Source: Deltaproteobacteria bacterium (GTDB taxonomy: Bacteria; Myxococcota_A; UBA9160; JAFDDA01). Taken from it: a DNA stretch of 64,000 nucleotides. The stretch is taken from contig JAFDDA010000001.1 of assembly GCA_019311105.1 (NCBI GenBank), positions 325 to 64,324 of the forward strand, read 5' to 3'. The notes under the pieces were generated by a model, which was not told the DNA's origin, searched no databases, and saw only the letters and a list, made by a program, of their open reading frames with translations. Below, piece after piece: positions 46,934 through 57,492 of this stretch (position 1 is the first letter of the stretch; every line of letters begins with the position of its first letter). A program made the position numbers and the translations under genes.

Positions 46934-47566
46934 CTATTCAGGGGAGAGGGCGGCGAGGGCCAGGGACATGGCGATCTGGAGGTCGCCGCTGACGTCGAGC
47001 TGGCCGCCCATGAAGGCATTCTGCGGATCGAGGCGGCCTTCGCGCAGGTCGGCGTAGACTTCGGCTCCGACTTGGATCTCGGTGTCGGGCGCGTCGGGGA
47101 CCGGGCCGTCGCCGAAGTGGACGCGGAAGGCGAACCCGTCGTCGCCGGTGACCTCGAGCCGCAGGCAGCCCGCCACGCCCGCGAGGTTCTCGACCCGCGA
47201 CTTCGTCAGTTTGAAGTCGCCGACGAAGCCCGAGAGCCCGCCCAGCAGGCCGAGCGCCGAGTCGCCGGCCTCGGAGGCGATCTTCTCGAAGGCCCGGCGG
47301 TCCTGGATCAGGGTCAGGAGCGGCGGGCGCGTTGCCGCGGAGCCGGCGGCCATCGCTCCCTCGCGCACGTTCAGGAAGAACGTCCCGCCCCCGTCACCCT
47401 CGACGTCGACCCGGACCGTCACGTCGACGCCGCGCATCCCCTCGAGCACCTTCCCGGCCGCGTCGTCGCCGGCCGCTGCCGCCTCCTGGTCGGCGAGAGT
47501 CTGGTTCCACTGGGCCGGGACGCGCTCGGTGTAGAAGGCCTGCGGCGACATCTCGACTGCGCTCAT
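46934..47566 (-). CDS. SCP2 sterol-binding-domain protein
   Basis: C-terminal QNAFMGGQLDVSGDLQIAMSL is the SCP2 signature. The ATG overlaps the mltG stop (TGATG). Confidence 0.75.
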   Translation of the reverse strand: MSAVEMSPQAFYTERVPAQWNQTLADQEAAAAGDDAAGKVLEGMRGVDVTVRVDVEGDGGGTFFLNVREGAMAAGSAATRPPLLTLIQDRRAFEKIASEAGDSALGLLGGLSGFVGDFKLTKSRVENLAGVAGCLRLEVTGDDGFAFRVHFGDGPVPDAPDTEIQVGAEVYADLREGRLDPQNAFMGGQLDVSGDLQIAMSLALAALSPE

Positions 47567-48585
47567 CACTTCCGTCTCCTCTTCCGCTGGTAACGATCGA
47601 CATTGCGCTCGTGTTCGTCGTAGCTGCGCGCGAAGACGTGGGTGCCGTCGTTGCGCGACACGAAGAACAGGTATCCGGTCTTCGCCGGTGCCACGACGGC
47701 GCGCAAGGCGTCGGCCCCCGGGCTCGCGATCGGTCCCGGCGGCAGGGCCGGGATCTTGTACGTGTTGTAGGGGTTCGTATCGTCCTCGAGGTCGCGGCGT
47801 CGCAGGTTGCCGTCGAACCCCGAGATCCCGTAGATGGTGGTCGGGTCCGAGGCCAGCCGCATGCGACGCGCCAGCCGGTTGCGGAAGACGGCTGCGATCA
47901 CCGGACGCTCCGCGGGCGCGCCCGTCTCCTTCTCGACGATGGAGGCCAGCGTCACGACTGCGCGCATCGACAACTTCTGACGCTTCGCCTCGGGTTCGAC
48001 TTCGGCCCATGTGGCCAGGAAGTGCTCGACGAGGACGCGCGCGACCGCCTCGGCCGACAGCCCGCGCGGGAAGCGATAGGTCTCGGGGAAGAGGTAGCCC
48101 TCGAGCCCAGGCCCTTCGACGCCCAAACGGGACGCAAGGCCCGGCTGGTCCACGATCGCGAGGAACTCGGCTTCGTCCACCAGCCCCGCCGCGGCCAGCC
48201 GCGCAGCGATCTCGGTCGCGCGAAAGCCCTCGGGGATCACGACCTCGTAGGTCTTTACGCGGCCCTCGGACAGGATCGTCAGGATCTCCCCCGCTGGCAT
48301 CGCTGCCGACACGACGAACTCACCCACGTGCAGGCTCCCGTCGAGTTCGTGCCAGCGCGCGAGCAGCTCGAAGGCCCGTGCGTCCCGGATGACACCGCGG
48401 CGTGCGAGCTGGCCCGCCACGGCCTTGAGGCTCGCGCCGCGCGCTACCTCGAAGTCGACGTCCGGCGCGGCCGCTTCGGCCGGCGCGAGGTTCGAGCGCA
48501 GCCACAGCCCGCCGGCGCCGAGCGCGGCCCCGCCGAGCAGCCCGAGGGCGAGGACTGCAAGGGCCAACCCCTTCAACGGCTTCAC
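47566..48585 (-). CDS. mltG: endolytic murein transglycosylase MltG (YceG)
   Basis: N-terminal TM. VVIPEGF, LEGYLFPETY, ASIVEKE, NTYKIPALPPGPIASPG and FFV...G.H.F motifs. The GTG start overlaps the ruvX TGA (GTGA). Confidence 0.9.
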   Translation of the reverse strand: MKPLKGLALAVLALGLLGGAALGAGGLWLRSNLAPAEAAAPDVDFEVARGASLKAVAGQLARRGVIRDARAFELLARWHELDGSLHVGEFVVSAAMPAGEILTILSEGRVKTYEVVIPEGFRATEIAARLAAAGLVDEAEFLAIVDQPGLASRLGVEGPGLEGYLFPETYRFPRGLSAEAVARVLVEHFLATWAEVEPEAKRQKLSMRAVVTLASIVEKETGAPAERPVIAAVFRNRLARRMRLASDPTTIYGISGFDGNLRRRDLEDDTNPYNTYKIPALPPGPIASPGADALRAVVAPAKTGYLFFVSRNDGTHVFARSYDEHERNVDRYQRKRRRK

Positions 48586-49013
48586 GTCGAGGCCTTCGCC
48601 CGGCTGCGCTGCTGCTCGAGCCAGGTACGCAGCAAGATCGCGGCGGCCACGGAGTCGACCACCGCCCGCTGCTTCTTGCCGCGGCGCCCGGATTCGCGCA
48701 ATGCGCGCTCGGCCTCGACGGTCGTCCAGCGTTCGTCGATCGTGCCGACGCGGATGCCGAGGGCGCCCCGCAGCTCCGATGCGAAACGCTTGGCCGCCTC
48801 GGCCTCGGGCCCGCGCCGGCCATCCATGTGGAGCGGCAGGCCCACCACGATCTCGCCGACGTCGTGTTCGCGCACGAGTTCGCCCACGGCGGTGAGGTCG
48901 CCCGCGCCGCCTCTGCGCTCGAGGGTCGTCAACGGCGAGGCGATGGCACCCTCGGGGTCCGAGAGAGCCACACCGATGCGTTTGCTACCGAGGTCGAGGC
49001 CCAGAACCCGCAT
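48582..49013 (-). CDS. ruvX: YqgF/RuvX putative pre-16S rRNA nuclease
   Basis: MRVLGLDLGSKRIGVALSD...IVVGLPLHMDG...DERWTT. Confidence 0.9.
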   Translation of the reverse strand: MRVLGLDLGSKRIGVALSDPEGAIASPLTTLERRGGAGDLTAVGELVREHDVGEIVVGLPLHMDGRRGPEAEAAKRFASELRGALGIRVGTIDERWTTVEAERALRESGRRGKKQRAVVDSVAAAILLRTWLEQQRSRAKAST

Positions 49014-49083
49014 GCGCGCGAGACTACCCGAGGGCACTCGCGCGGCAAACTCCCAGCGGCGCTCTCGCGTGCGAGGCGTGCGC

Positions 49084-50937
49084 TCAGGCCGAAGCCTCGG
49101 CCTTCTCCTTGAGGGCGCGCCGGGCGGCGACCGCGAGGCCCATGTCCGACCCGCCGGCCACGGCTTCGAGCACTTGGCGCGCCCGATCGCCTGGGACGTT
49201 CGCCAGGGCACCGATCGATTGGAGCTTCAACTCGCGGAGTTCGTGGCGACGGAAGAAGCTGCGCTTGTCGATCACGCGCTTCAGTGCGGGGATCGACTCT
49301 TCGCGCCCGAGCCGTCCGAGCGAGCGGATCACGGCCGAGGCGAGCTGCGTCCGTCGCGCACGCCGCGCATCGCGCAGCGTCTCGGTCAACGCCTCGGCGG
49401 CATCGGAGCTGCCGGTGACGCCCAGGCAGTAGGCACACAGAGACGACACGTCCTCGTGTTGGCTCGCGAGGCCACTCTTCAAGGAGGTCAACGCCGCGAC
49501 GTTGCCGATGCGAGCGAGCGCCCGGGCCGACTCGCCGCGGACCTCGGCACGCTTGTGTCCCAGGAGCTTCGAAAGCGTCGGCACGGCTCGCTCGTCCTGG
49601 ATTTCGCCCACGATGCGCGCCGCGATGCGGGCGCGGTTCGGCGAGTTGCCCTCCATGGCGCGGTGCAGGGTCGGCGTCGTCGGGCGCCCGAGTGCAATGG
49701 CAATGCCGACCAGCTCTTCGCGGCGGCTCGGCTCGGCTTCGACGTCGATGGCCGAGATCAATTCCGGGGCAACCTGCTCGCCGAGTTGGATCAACACGCG
49801 GCTGGCTTCGAGGCTCGCCGCCCGGTCTGCCACCGTCGCGCGGCCGATCAGATCCGTCAGCACGCGGCCGGTGCACAGCTCGCGCAGCGCGCCGCGGGCG
49901 GCCGAACGCTCCGGCCGGATGCGCCCACTCTGTTCGCGCGCCTGGGCCCCGAGCTCGAGGACGGTGCGATGGCAAGCGTCGGTGTCTCTCGCATCGCTCC
50001 AGCCTGTCGCTTCCTCGACAGCGCGAGCCACCAAGGTGCCGTAGGGCGAGGTTGCGTCGCCTGCCACGAGCGCTGCCAGAGCGCTGCCCGGGGGCGGTGC
50101 CTCCAACGTCGGCGTCGCGTCGGCGGGGGCTTCCGCTACGGACGTGGGCTCCTCGCGCGATACGAAAGAGCGCGGCGGCATCCGCACCGTGTTCTCCCCG
50201 GTCGCGAGGCGGAGCCGCACCGTCGACTCGCCCGTCGCGTCGAGCACGGGCGCGGTGGCTTCGTTCGGATCGATCTGCGGCACGTCGTCGTCTTCGGGTT
50301 CGGGCAGCAGGTGCCGGTCTTCTTCGTCGTCCGGTGCATCGGGCCGGTCTTCTTCTTCGTCCGGTGCATCGGGCCGGTCTTCTTCTTCGTCCGGTGCATC
50401 GGGCCGGTCGTCGTCGATGCCCTGCGTGTCGAGCGACCCGTCTTCGGCTCCCGGTGTGTCGGGTTTGTCGTCGTCCGGTTCGAGCGCATCCCCCGGGCCG
50501 ATCAAGCGGATGCCGACGCCGCGCTCGGGGAGGAAGCCCGCCGCGCCACCGTGGCTCGCCACTTCGCGCGGTTCGGCGACGAGCAGGGAGACAAAGGCAG
50601 CGTAGGTCGGTGCGTCGAGCCCCGGTTCGAAGCGCACGGATGCGAGAGTGCGTTCCTGGAAGCGATGGGCGAGGTCGTCGAGCCGGCCGCGCCCGATGGG
50701 CGGGCCGTCGTCGCCTTCGCGCAGGCCCTGGGCGCCGGCCACGAGGTGCAGCGGGCCGTAGCGGTCGAGGTCGGCGCGCCACGCGCGCCACGCGCGGTCG
50801 ATCGAAGCCGCCGGGCCGGATCGATGGCGCGCGTTGAACTCCTGCTCCCGCACGGCTCGCAGAAGCTCCACGCACAGGGCGGAGACATCGTTGGGCGTCC
50901 GAAGGGAGCGTCGCTGTGTGACTCGGGCAGCGTCCAT
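49084..50937 (-). CDS. HEAT-repeat protein with acidic decapeptide repeats
   Basis: The C-terminal half has PBS-lyase-type HEAT repeats (AVPTLSKLLGHKRAEVRGESARALARIG). The central part carries DRPDAPDEEE x3. Start is uncertain: ATG 50937, or the track start 51033. Confidence 0.7.
   Translation of the reverse strand: MDAARVTQRRSLRTPNDVSALCVELLRAVREQEFNARHRSGPAASIDRAWRAWRADLDRYGPLHLVAGAQGLREGDDGPPIGRGRLDDLAHRFQERTLASVRFEPGLDAPTYAAFVSLLVAEPREVASHGGAAGFLPERGVGIRLIGPGDALEPDDDKPDTPGAEDGSLDTQGIDDDRPDAPDEEEDRPDAPDEEEDRPDAPDDEEDRHLLPEPEDDDVPQIDPNEATAPVLDATGESTVRLRLATGENTVRMPPRSFVSREEPTSVAEAPADATPTLEAPPPGSALAALVAGDATSPYGTLVARAVEEATGWSDARDTDACHRTVLELGAQAREQSGRIRPERSAARGALRELCTGRVLTDLIGRATVADRAASLEASRVLIQLGEQVAPELISAIDVEAEPSRREELVGIAIALGRPTTPTLHRAMEGNSPNRARIAARIVGEIQDERAVPTLSKLLGHKRAEVRGESARALARIGNVAALTSLKSGLASQHEDVSSLCAYCLGVTGSSDAAEALTETLRDARRARRTQLASAVIRSLGRLGREESIPALKRVIDKRSFFRRHELRELKLQSIGALANVPGDRARQVLEAVAGGSDMGLAVAARRALKEKAEASA
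50314..50403 (-). repeat. in-frame 30-bp x3 tandem repeat inside the HEAT-repeat gene
   Basis: The units are 50314-50343, 50344-50373 and 50374-50403. The last two are identical and the first differs at one position. Degenerate further copies follow. Confidence 0.85.
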
Positions 50938-51123
50938 GGGTGGATGATCGACCTCGATGCGCGGCTCGAATTTGGCAAACCTGTGCGATTGCGCAGGCGA
51001 AGAGCCCCTCTTTCTGGATCGGCCGGGGGGCACGCACCCTTGAACTTCGAAGCTCCACCCGCCCGAAGCGCGATGCTAACGGATCGCAGGCCTCCTATGC
51101 CCCGCGGGTACACCCGCCCGGGT

Positions 51124-51153
51124 TTGACGCCTGGGCGGTCCAAGGGTTATCAT
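51124..51153 (+). promoter_or_regulatory. candidate sigma-70 promoter for pgpA-cinA(-recA)
   Basis: TTGACG (51124-51129), an 18-nt spacer, then TATCAT (51148-53), 140 nt upstream of the pgpA ATG. Confidence 0.4.
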
Positions 51154-51293
51154 TTTGGGGCTGCACGGCCTCATTTCCTCCCCTCCAGAGGCCAGATTCG
51201 GCAGCTCCTCCGCGGTCCCAGAGGGACGGCGTCATCGAGCCTTCGAACTCGACCGACCGTGAGAACGGTGAGGCCTCGGACAGCCATGTCCGA

Positions 51294-51779
51294 ATGAGGC
51301 CGCTGGCCCTCATTTTGGCAACCGCTGGGGGAGCCGGATATCTGCCCATCGCACCCGGGACCTGGGGCTCGGGCGCCGCCATCGTGCTCGTCGCCGCCTG
51401 GGGGTGGTTCGGGGGCAGCCTCGCTCTCTACCTGGGTGCCACCGTGGTGGTGACCGTGATCGGGGTCTGGGCCGCCGACGTCACCGAGCAGGTCTACGGC
51501 AAGAAGGACGACGGGCGGATCGTCATCGACGAGGTGGCCGGCCAGGCGTTGACCCTCGTTCCCGTGGCGGCGTGGGCTTCCGATGGTGCTTTTTTCCCAT
51601 CACTTGTGACCGGATTCGTCCTCTTCCGGTTGTTAGATATCGCCAAGCCGGGGCCCATTCGTTGGGCGGAGCGGAACTTCCCGGGCGGCGTCGGCGTGAT
51701 GGCCGACGACGTGGTGGCCGGGCTGATCGGGGCGGTGGTGATGTTCGCAGGGCTTTGGATGTTTGGGGGGCTCGCTTGA
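51294..51779 (+). CDS. pgpA: phosphatidylglycerophosphatase A
   Basis: AGGAGYLPIAPGTWGS...VIDEVAGQ...FRLLDIAKPGPIRW...G.GVM.DD motifs. Confidence 0.85.
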   Translation: MRPLALILATAGGAGYLPIAPGTWGSGAAIVLVAAWGWFGGSLALYLGATVVVTVIGVWAADVTEQVYGKKDDGRIVIDEVAGQALTLVPVAAWASDGAFFPSLVTGFVLFRLLDIAKPGPIRWAERNFPGGVGVMADDVVAGLIGAVVMFAGLWMFGGLA

Positions 51780-51852
51780 GCGCAGAGACCCGTTGGATCG
51801 GGGCGGTCGTTTGAGCGCAGAAATCCGTGGATCGGGGCGGTCGTTTGAGCGC
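51776..51852 (+). repeat. 35/34-nt tandem repeat at the pgpA-stop/cinA-start junction
   Basis: TTGAGCGCAGAGACCCGTTGGATCGGGGCGGTCGT (51776-51810) and TTGAGCGCAGAAATCCGTGGATCGGGGCGGTCGT (51811-51844) are followed by TTGAGCGC (51845-51852). Confidence 0.85.
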
Positions 51853-53131
51853 TGAAGTGCTGACCATCGGTGATGAGCTGCTGCGCGGCGAGATCGTGGA
51901 CTCGAACAAGTCCTATCTCTCGGATCGCCTGCTCTCCCTCGATATCGAGACCCGCTTCCACAGCTCCGTGCGCGACGACCCGGCGGACATGGTCGACGCC
52001 TTCGAGCGCGCGAAGGCGCGCAGCCAGATCGTGCTCGTCTCGGGCGGCCTCGGCCCCACGCGCGACGACCTCACCGTCGAGATCCTGGCCCAGGCCTTCG
52101 GCCGCAAGCTCGTGTTGCACGAGCCCTCGCTCGAGGCGATCCGCGCCTTCTTCCAGCGCTTCGGTCGCGAGATGGCGAAGAACAACGAGAAGCAGGCGTG
52201 GTTCCCGGAGGGCGCCGAGGTGCTGCCCAACCCCGTCGGCACGGCGCCCGGCACGTACCTGCGCGAGGGCGACACCCACTTCTTCTGCATGCCGGGCGTG
52301 CCGAGTGAGCTCTACTTGATGATGGACGAGCAGGTGCTGCCGCGGGTCGCTGCGGCGCGGTCCGACGGGCCCGGTGGGCGCGTCGTGCGCTCGCGCCTGC
52401 TGCGCACCTTCGGCATGGGCGAGTCGAACCTCGACGAAATGCTCGGTGACGTGGCGAAAAATGGCGACGTCGTGCTCGGCTTCCGCACGGCTTTCCCGGA
52501 CAACTTCCTGCGCCCGCTCACCCGGGGCGACACGGCCGAGGCGGCGGATGCGAAGCTCGCGGAGGTCGTCGAGACGATCCGCGAGCGGCTCGGGCCCATG
52601 GTCTACGGCGAGGGCGAGCAAACCCTCGAAAGCGTGGTCGGCGCCGCCCTGCGCGAAGCGGGCAAGACCGTGGCCGTGGCCGAGAGCTGCACCGGCGGCG
52701 GGATCGGCGAGCGGTTCACACGCGTGGAGGGCTCGTCGGGCTACTTCCTCGGCGGCGTTGTGGCCTACGCGAACGCGGCGAAGGTCGAGTTGCTGGGCGT
52801 GCCCGAGGCGTTGCTCGAAGAGCACGGCGCCGTCTCCGAGCCCGTGGCGCGGGCCATGGCCGAGGGCGTGCGCGAGCGGCTGGGCGCCGACTTCGGCGTC
52901 TCCACCACCGGCATCTCCGGCCCCGGCGGCGGCAGCGACGACAAGCCCGTCGGCACGGTGTGGATCGCCGTGGCACAACCCGGCGGCACCCACGCCGAGT
53001 GCTTCCTCTTCCCCTTCGACCGCGACCGACACCGTCAGGTGACGGCCCAGGTCGCCCTCGATTGGATCCGGCGCGCACTGCTCGGTGAGGAGTTCGTGGC
53101 GCCTCGCTACCTGCGGACCGCTCGACCGTGA
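51827..53131 (+). CDS. cinA: competence/damage-inducible protein CinA (MoCF domain plus NMN deamidase domain)
   Basis: AEVLTIGDELLRGEIVDSN, VSGGLGPTRDDLT and C-terminal AESCTGG...GISGPGGG. Start is either GTG 51827 (track) or TTG 51845, which homology favours. Confidence 0.9.
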   Translation: MDRGGRLSAEVLTIGDELLRGEIVDSNKSYLSDRLLSLDIETRFHSSVRDDPADMVDAFERAKARSQIVLVSGGLGPTRDDLTVEILAQAFGRKLVLHEPSLEAIRAFFQRFGREMAKNNEKQAWFPEGAEVLPNPVGTAPGTYLREGDTHFFCMPGVPSELYLMMDEQVLPRVAAARSDGPGGRVVRSRLLRTFGMGESNLDEMLGDVAKNGDVVLGFRTAFPDNFLRPLTRGDTAEAADAKLAEVVETIRERLGPMVYGEGEQTLESVVGAALREAGKTVAVAESCTGGGIGERFTRVEGSSGYFLGGVVAYANAAKVELLGVPEALLEEHGAVSEPVARAMAEGVRERLGADFGVSTTGISGPGGGSDDKPVGTVWIAVAQPGGTHAECFLFPFDRDRHRQVTAQVALDWIRRALLGEEFVAPRYLRTARP

Positions 53132-53182
53132 GCGCTTCGCTTTCAACGATTCCGAACCCCGTCTCTAAAGGAGAACGAAGAC

Positions 53183-54322
<1,140 letters not shown>

Positions 54323-54328
54323 AGCGTG

Positions 54329-54368
54329 CGCGTCTTCGAGGTGGCCGTCGGGTCGCCTCGAAGACGCG
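54329..54368. terminator. 13-bp perfect-stem hairpin between convergent recA and mtgA
   Basis: CGCGTCTTCGAGG (54329-54341) pairs with CCTCGAAGACGCG (54356-54368) around a 14-nt loop. No U-tract. Confidence 0.5.
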
Positions 54369-54392
54369 GCAGGAGCCGTCGAGCGATCGCGC

Positions 54393-55106
54393 TCACAGGT
54401 GCCTTCTCCGCCAGGCCTGCTCGCGCATCAGCGCGAGGATCTCCTCGCTGCGCTCCTGTGCGTAGGGGCCCGGGTTCATCGCGCGGAGCTTCGCCGGGCT
54501 CGGTAGCACCGTCGCGAGCAAGGCGGCCTCCGCCGCATCGAGTTCGGCGGGCGGCTTCCCGAAGAAGCGTTCGCTCGCCGCCGCGGCACCGAAGGTGCAG
54601 GGTCCGAACTGGACGACGTTCAAGTAGACCTCGAGGATGCGACGCTTCGGCCAGAGCGTCTCCATCGAAACCGCGAGCCAGGCTTCGACGGCTTTGCGCA
54701 GATAACTCGGTGACGGCCAAAGGAAGAGGTTCTTCGCGAGCTGTTGGGTGAGGGTGCTCGCGCCGCGCACTCGCCCGTGCTTCCGCCGCTCGCGCAGCGC
54801 CCTGCGCATCGCCTCGAAGTCGAGGCCGTGGTGTTCGAGGAACCGCTGATCTTCGGCGACGACCACCGCCAGAGCCAGATCCGTCGCGATCGCCTCTCGC
54901 TGCACCCAGCGATAGTGGACGGTCTCGCAGGGCAAGCCGGTTGCCGGGTCGCCCCAGTGGCTGCGGATCATGAAGGTGGATGTCACGGGAGGCACGAAGC
55001 GAAGCAGTGCCAGAGGAGCCGCCGTCGCGACCACTCCGGCGAGGAAGAGCCATCCCATCGTTCGCAATGTGCGCCGGAGCGCTCGACGTCTCGCGGCCCG
55101 GGTCAT
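54393..55106 (-). CDS. mtgA: monofunctional biosynthetic peptidoglycan transglycosylase
   Basis: AVVVAEDQRFLEHHGLDFEA, GASTLTQQLAKNLFL and RKAVEAWLAVSME...KRRILEVYLNVVQFG. ATG 55106 overlaps the upstream TGA (ATGA). Confidence 0.88.
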   Translation of the reverse strand: MTRAARRRALRRTLRTMGWLFLAGVVATAAPLALLRFVPPVTSTFMIRSHWGDPATGLPCETVHYRWVQREAIATDLALAVVVAEDQRFLEHHGLDFEAMRRALRERRKHGRVRGASTLTQQLAKNLFLWPSPSYLRKAVEAWLAVSMETLWPKRRILEVYLNVVQFGPCTFGAAAASERFFGKPPAELDAAEAALLATVLPSPAKLRAMNPGPYAQERSEEILALMREQAWRRRHL

Positions 55107-55945
55107 GCCCCGGATGATCCGCCGGTTCGCTCCTCGCTGCACCAGTAGACGTAGAAGCAGCCCGTCGTCGCGGCGGAGAGCAGATGCCACGCTGCGTGGC
55201 CTTGGAGCAGCGAGTCTGGATCACACAGGGGGCCTCCCGTCCGCGACGGGATCCACAGGGCGAAGGCCGCCGCGAAGCAGGCCCAGCCGGCGATGACCCA
55301 GCGCGCGCGGATGGGCGCGGGTTGGGGCAACCACGCGGGCCTTGGCCCGCCCAGGGGTTGGAGCAGAAACTCGAGCACGAAGCCCGCGAACGCAAGCGGG
55401 CCGAACACCAGCGCCGACGCGTGCCCGATCGCGATCTGCGGGATGGCGACCACGACGTTGAGCCCGATGTAGAGCTGCACGAAGCGCCGGCGCGACAGGT
55501 CGTACCCCCGCGCAAGTGCGTAGACGACCCAGAACGTGATGAAGAAATACATGGACAAGACGTCGAGGCTGCCACCCCAGCGTGTCAGGGAGGCATGGAA
55601 GTACATGCTGCCCGGGCCCATGAAGACGACGATCGCGGCATAGAGGGCGGGGTAGAGGCCGCCGGCTCGCATGCGGTTGCGCGCATTCACACCCATGCGG
55701 GTGCGGGTGGCGTGGGCGCCGATGGCGAGGCCGACGAGTACGAAGCCGAGGTCGCTCCATGTGTTCGCGGGTTGTCGCACGAAGCCCGGCCGGGCTGCCT
55801 CGCAGAAGCAGCCGCCGCCTTCTACGCAGCCGTTGGGTGCGCCGGGCCAGCCCGCGAAGGCCGCGGCGAGGAAGAGCGCGGTCGACAGGGCGAGGACCCA
55901 CAGGGCAGGGGTGAACTCAGCGCGGCGGGAGGCCATCGGCGGCAA
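55103..55945 (-). CDS. 7-TM CREST/ceramidase-like membrane hydrolase
   Basis: A multi-TM protein with the His motifs MYFHASLT and QGHAAWHLLSA (HxxxH). Start is TTG 55945 or ATG 55936. Confidence 0.55.
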   Translation of the reverse strand: MPPMASRRAEFTPALWVLALSTALFLAAAFAGWPGAPNGCVEGGGCFCEAARPGFVRQPANTWSDLGFVLVGLAIGAHATRTRMGVNARNRMRAGGLYPALYAAIVVFMGPGSMYFHASLTRWGGSLDVLSMYFFITFWVVYALARGYDLSRRRFVQLYIGLNVVVAIPQIAIGHASALVFGPLAFAGFVLEFLLQPLGGPRPAWLPQPAPIRARWVIAGWACFAAAFALWIPSRTGGPLCDPDSLLQGHAAWHLLSAATTGCFYVYWCSEERTGGSSGA

Positions 55946-56127
55946 AGATAGCTGCGGTCGGCTCGTAGCCGGTGGGATCTAAAAGGCTAGTTAAATCCTT
56001 TGGTTGCATCCTTAGTTGCCGATTCCTCGATCCCATGTGTTCGCGCCACGGGCCTCAAGAACGGGCCCCAATCGGTCGAAACATCCAACGAACCCACACT
56101 GTTTCGAGCTGGAGACGCGGGCGAAAG

Positions 56128-57324
56128 ATGGCATTCGACCTGAACGAGATTCTCAAGGTCGCCCTGAAGGGCGGCGCCTCCGATATCCACCTGAAGGCCG
56201 GCCTGCCGCCGATGTTCCGCGTGGACGGCATGCTCGTCCCGTTGAAGAACGGCGAGCGCATGCCACCGAACGAAATCGAGCAGTGCGCGCTCGGGTTGAT
56301 GAACCCGATGCAGCGCGCGCGCTTCGACGAGTACCACGAGTGCGACCTGGCCTACGGCCTGCCTGGCGCGGGCCGCTTCCGTGTGAACGCCTTCCAGCAG
56401 CGCGGTTCCATCGGCATCGTCTTCCGGGTCATCCCGTTCAACATCCAGGCGATCGAGGCACTCCACCTGCCGAAGGTGGTCGAGTCCATCGCCATGGAGA
56501 ACCGCGGCCTGATCCTCGTGACCGGCACCACCGGCTCGGGCAAGTCGACCACGCTCGCGTCGATGATCAACCACATCAACATGAACCGGACGTGTCACAT
56601 CATCACGATCGAGGACCCCATCGAGTTCCTGATCAAGGACCGTCGTTCGATCGTGAATCAGCGCGAGATCGGCGTCGACACGAATACGTTTGCCCACGCC
56701 CTGCGCGCGGCCCTGCGGCAGGACCCCGACGTGATCCTCGTCGGTGAGATGCGCGACTTCGAGACCATCGAGACGGCGATCACCGCCGCCGAGACCGGCC
56801 ACCTCGTCATGTCGACGCTCCACACGCTCGACGCCGTGGAGACCATCAACCGAATCATCTCCGTCTTCCCGCCGCATCAGCAGAAGCAGATCCGGCTCCA
56901 GCTCGCCTCGATCCTGAAGGCGGTGATCTCTCAGCGCCTCGTGCCCCGCGCCGATGGCCGCGGCCGCGTCCCGGCGCTCGAGGTGCTCGTCACCACGGCG
57001 CGCGTGCGCGAAGCGATCGCCGACAAGGACCGCACGAAGGAGCTGCACGACGCCATCGCCAAGGGCTTCACCACCTACGGCATGCAGAGCTTCGACCAGT
57101 CGCTCATGCAGCTCGTGAAGCAGGACCTCGTCACCTACGAAGAGGCCCTCAAGCACGTCTCCAACCCGGACGACTTCGCCCTGCGCTTCCGCGGGATCTC
57201 CTCCACCTCCGACGCCACCTGGGGCGACTTCGACAAGGAAGGAGAGGACGAGGAGAAGCCGCTCGATCCCGACGAAGAGGTCGACGTCGCCGAGGAAGGC
57301 GACTTCAAGATCGATCGCTTCTAG
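56128..57324 (+). CDS. pilT: type IV pilus retraction ATPase PilT
   Basis: GASDIHL, Walker A GTTGSGKSTT, TIEDPIEF, ALRQDPDVILVGEMRD and GHLVMSTLHT, followed by an acidic C-terminal extension. Confidence 0.92.
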   Translation: MAFDLNEILKVALKGGASDIHLKAGLPPMFRVDGMLVPLKNGERMPPNEIEQCALGLMNPMQRARFDEYHECDLAYGLPGAGRFRVNAFQQRGSIGIVFRVIPFNIQAIEALHLPKVVESIAMENRGLILVTGTTGSGKSTTLASMINHINMNRTCHIITIEDPIEFLIKDRRSIVNQREIGVDTNTFAHALRAALRQDPDVILVGEMRDFETIETAITAAETGHLVMSTLHTLDAVETINRIISVFPPHQQKQIRLQLASILKAVISQRLVPRADGRGRVPALEVLVTTARVREAIADKDRTKELHDAIAKGFTTYGMQSFDQSLMQLVKQDLVTYEEALKHVSNPDDFALRFRGISSTSDATWGDFDKEGEDEEKPLDPDEEVDVAEEGDFKIDRF

Positions 57325-57492
57325 CGGAGCGTACCGAGCGAGCCAAGGTCGATTCTCCTTGTCGGCCGGCATACCGATCCGGCCGAGGCCTGCGATCTCG
57401 CCGATGCGGCACGGCTGCCGCGCCAGCGCCGGGTTCTCGCGGTTGCGACGGGGCTCCTCGGCGTCTCGGTCTTCGTCGGCTACGCCCCGCTC

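Noticed and set aside
50973-50986. A sigma-54-like TGGCAA-N-GTGC motif in the HEAT-gene/pgpA divergent region.
   Set aside because: The GG-to-GC spacing is one nt short of the -24/-12 consensus. The -12 element is TGC rather than TTGC, and it lies more than 300 nt from the nearest start.
53132-53182. A LexA/SOS box in front of recA.
   Set aside because: I found no CTGT-N8-ACAG, CGAAC-N4-GTTCG or Myxococcus-type CTRHAMRYBYGTTCAGS-like palindrome in the short cinA-recA spacer or the end of cinA. recA is probably co-transcribed with pgpA-cinA or controlled elsewhere.
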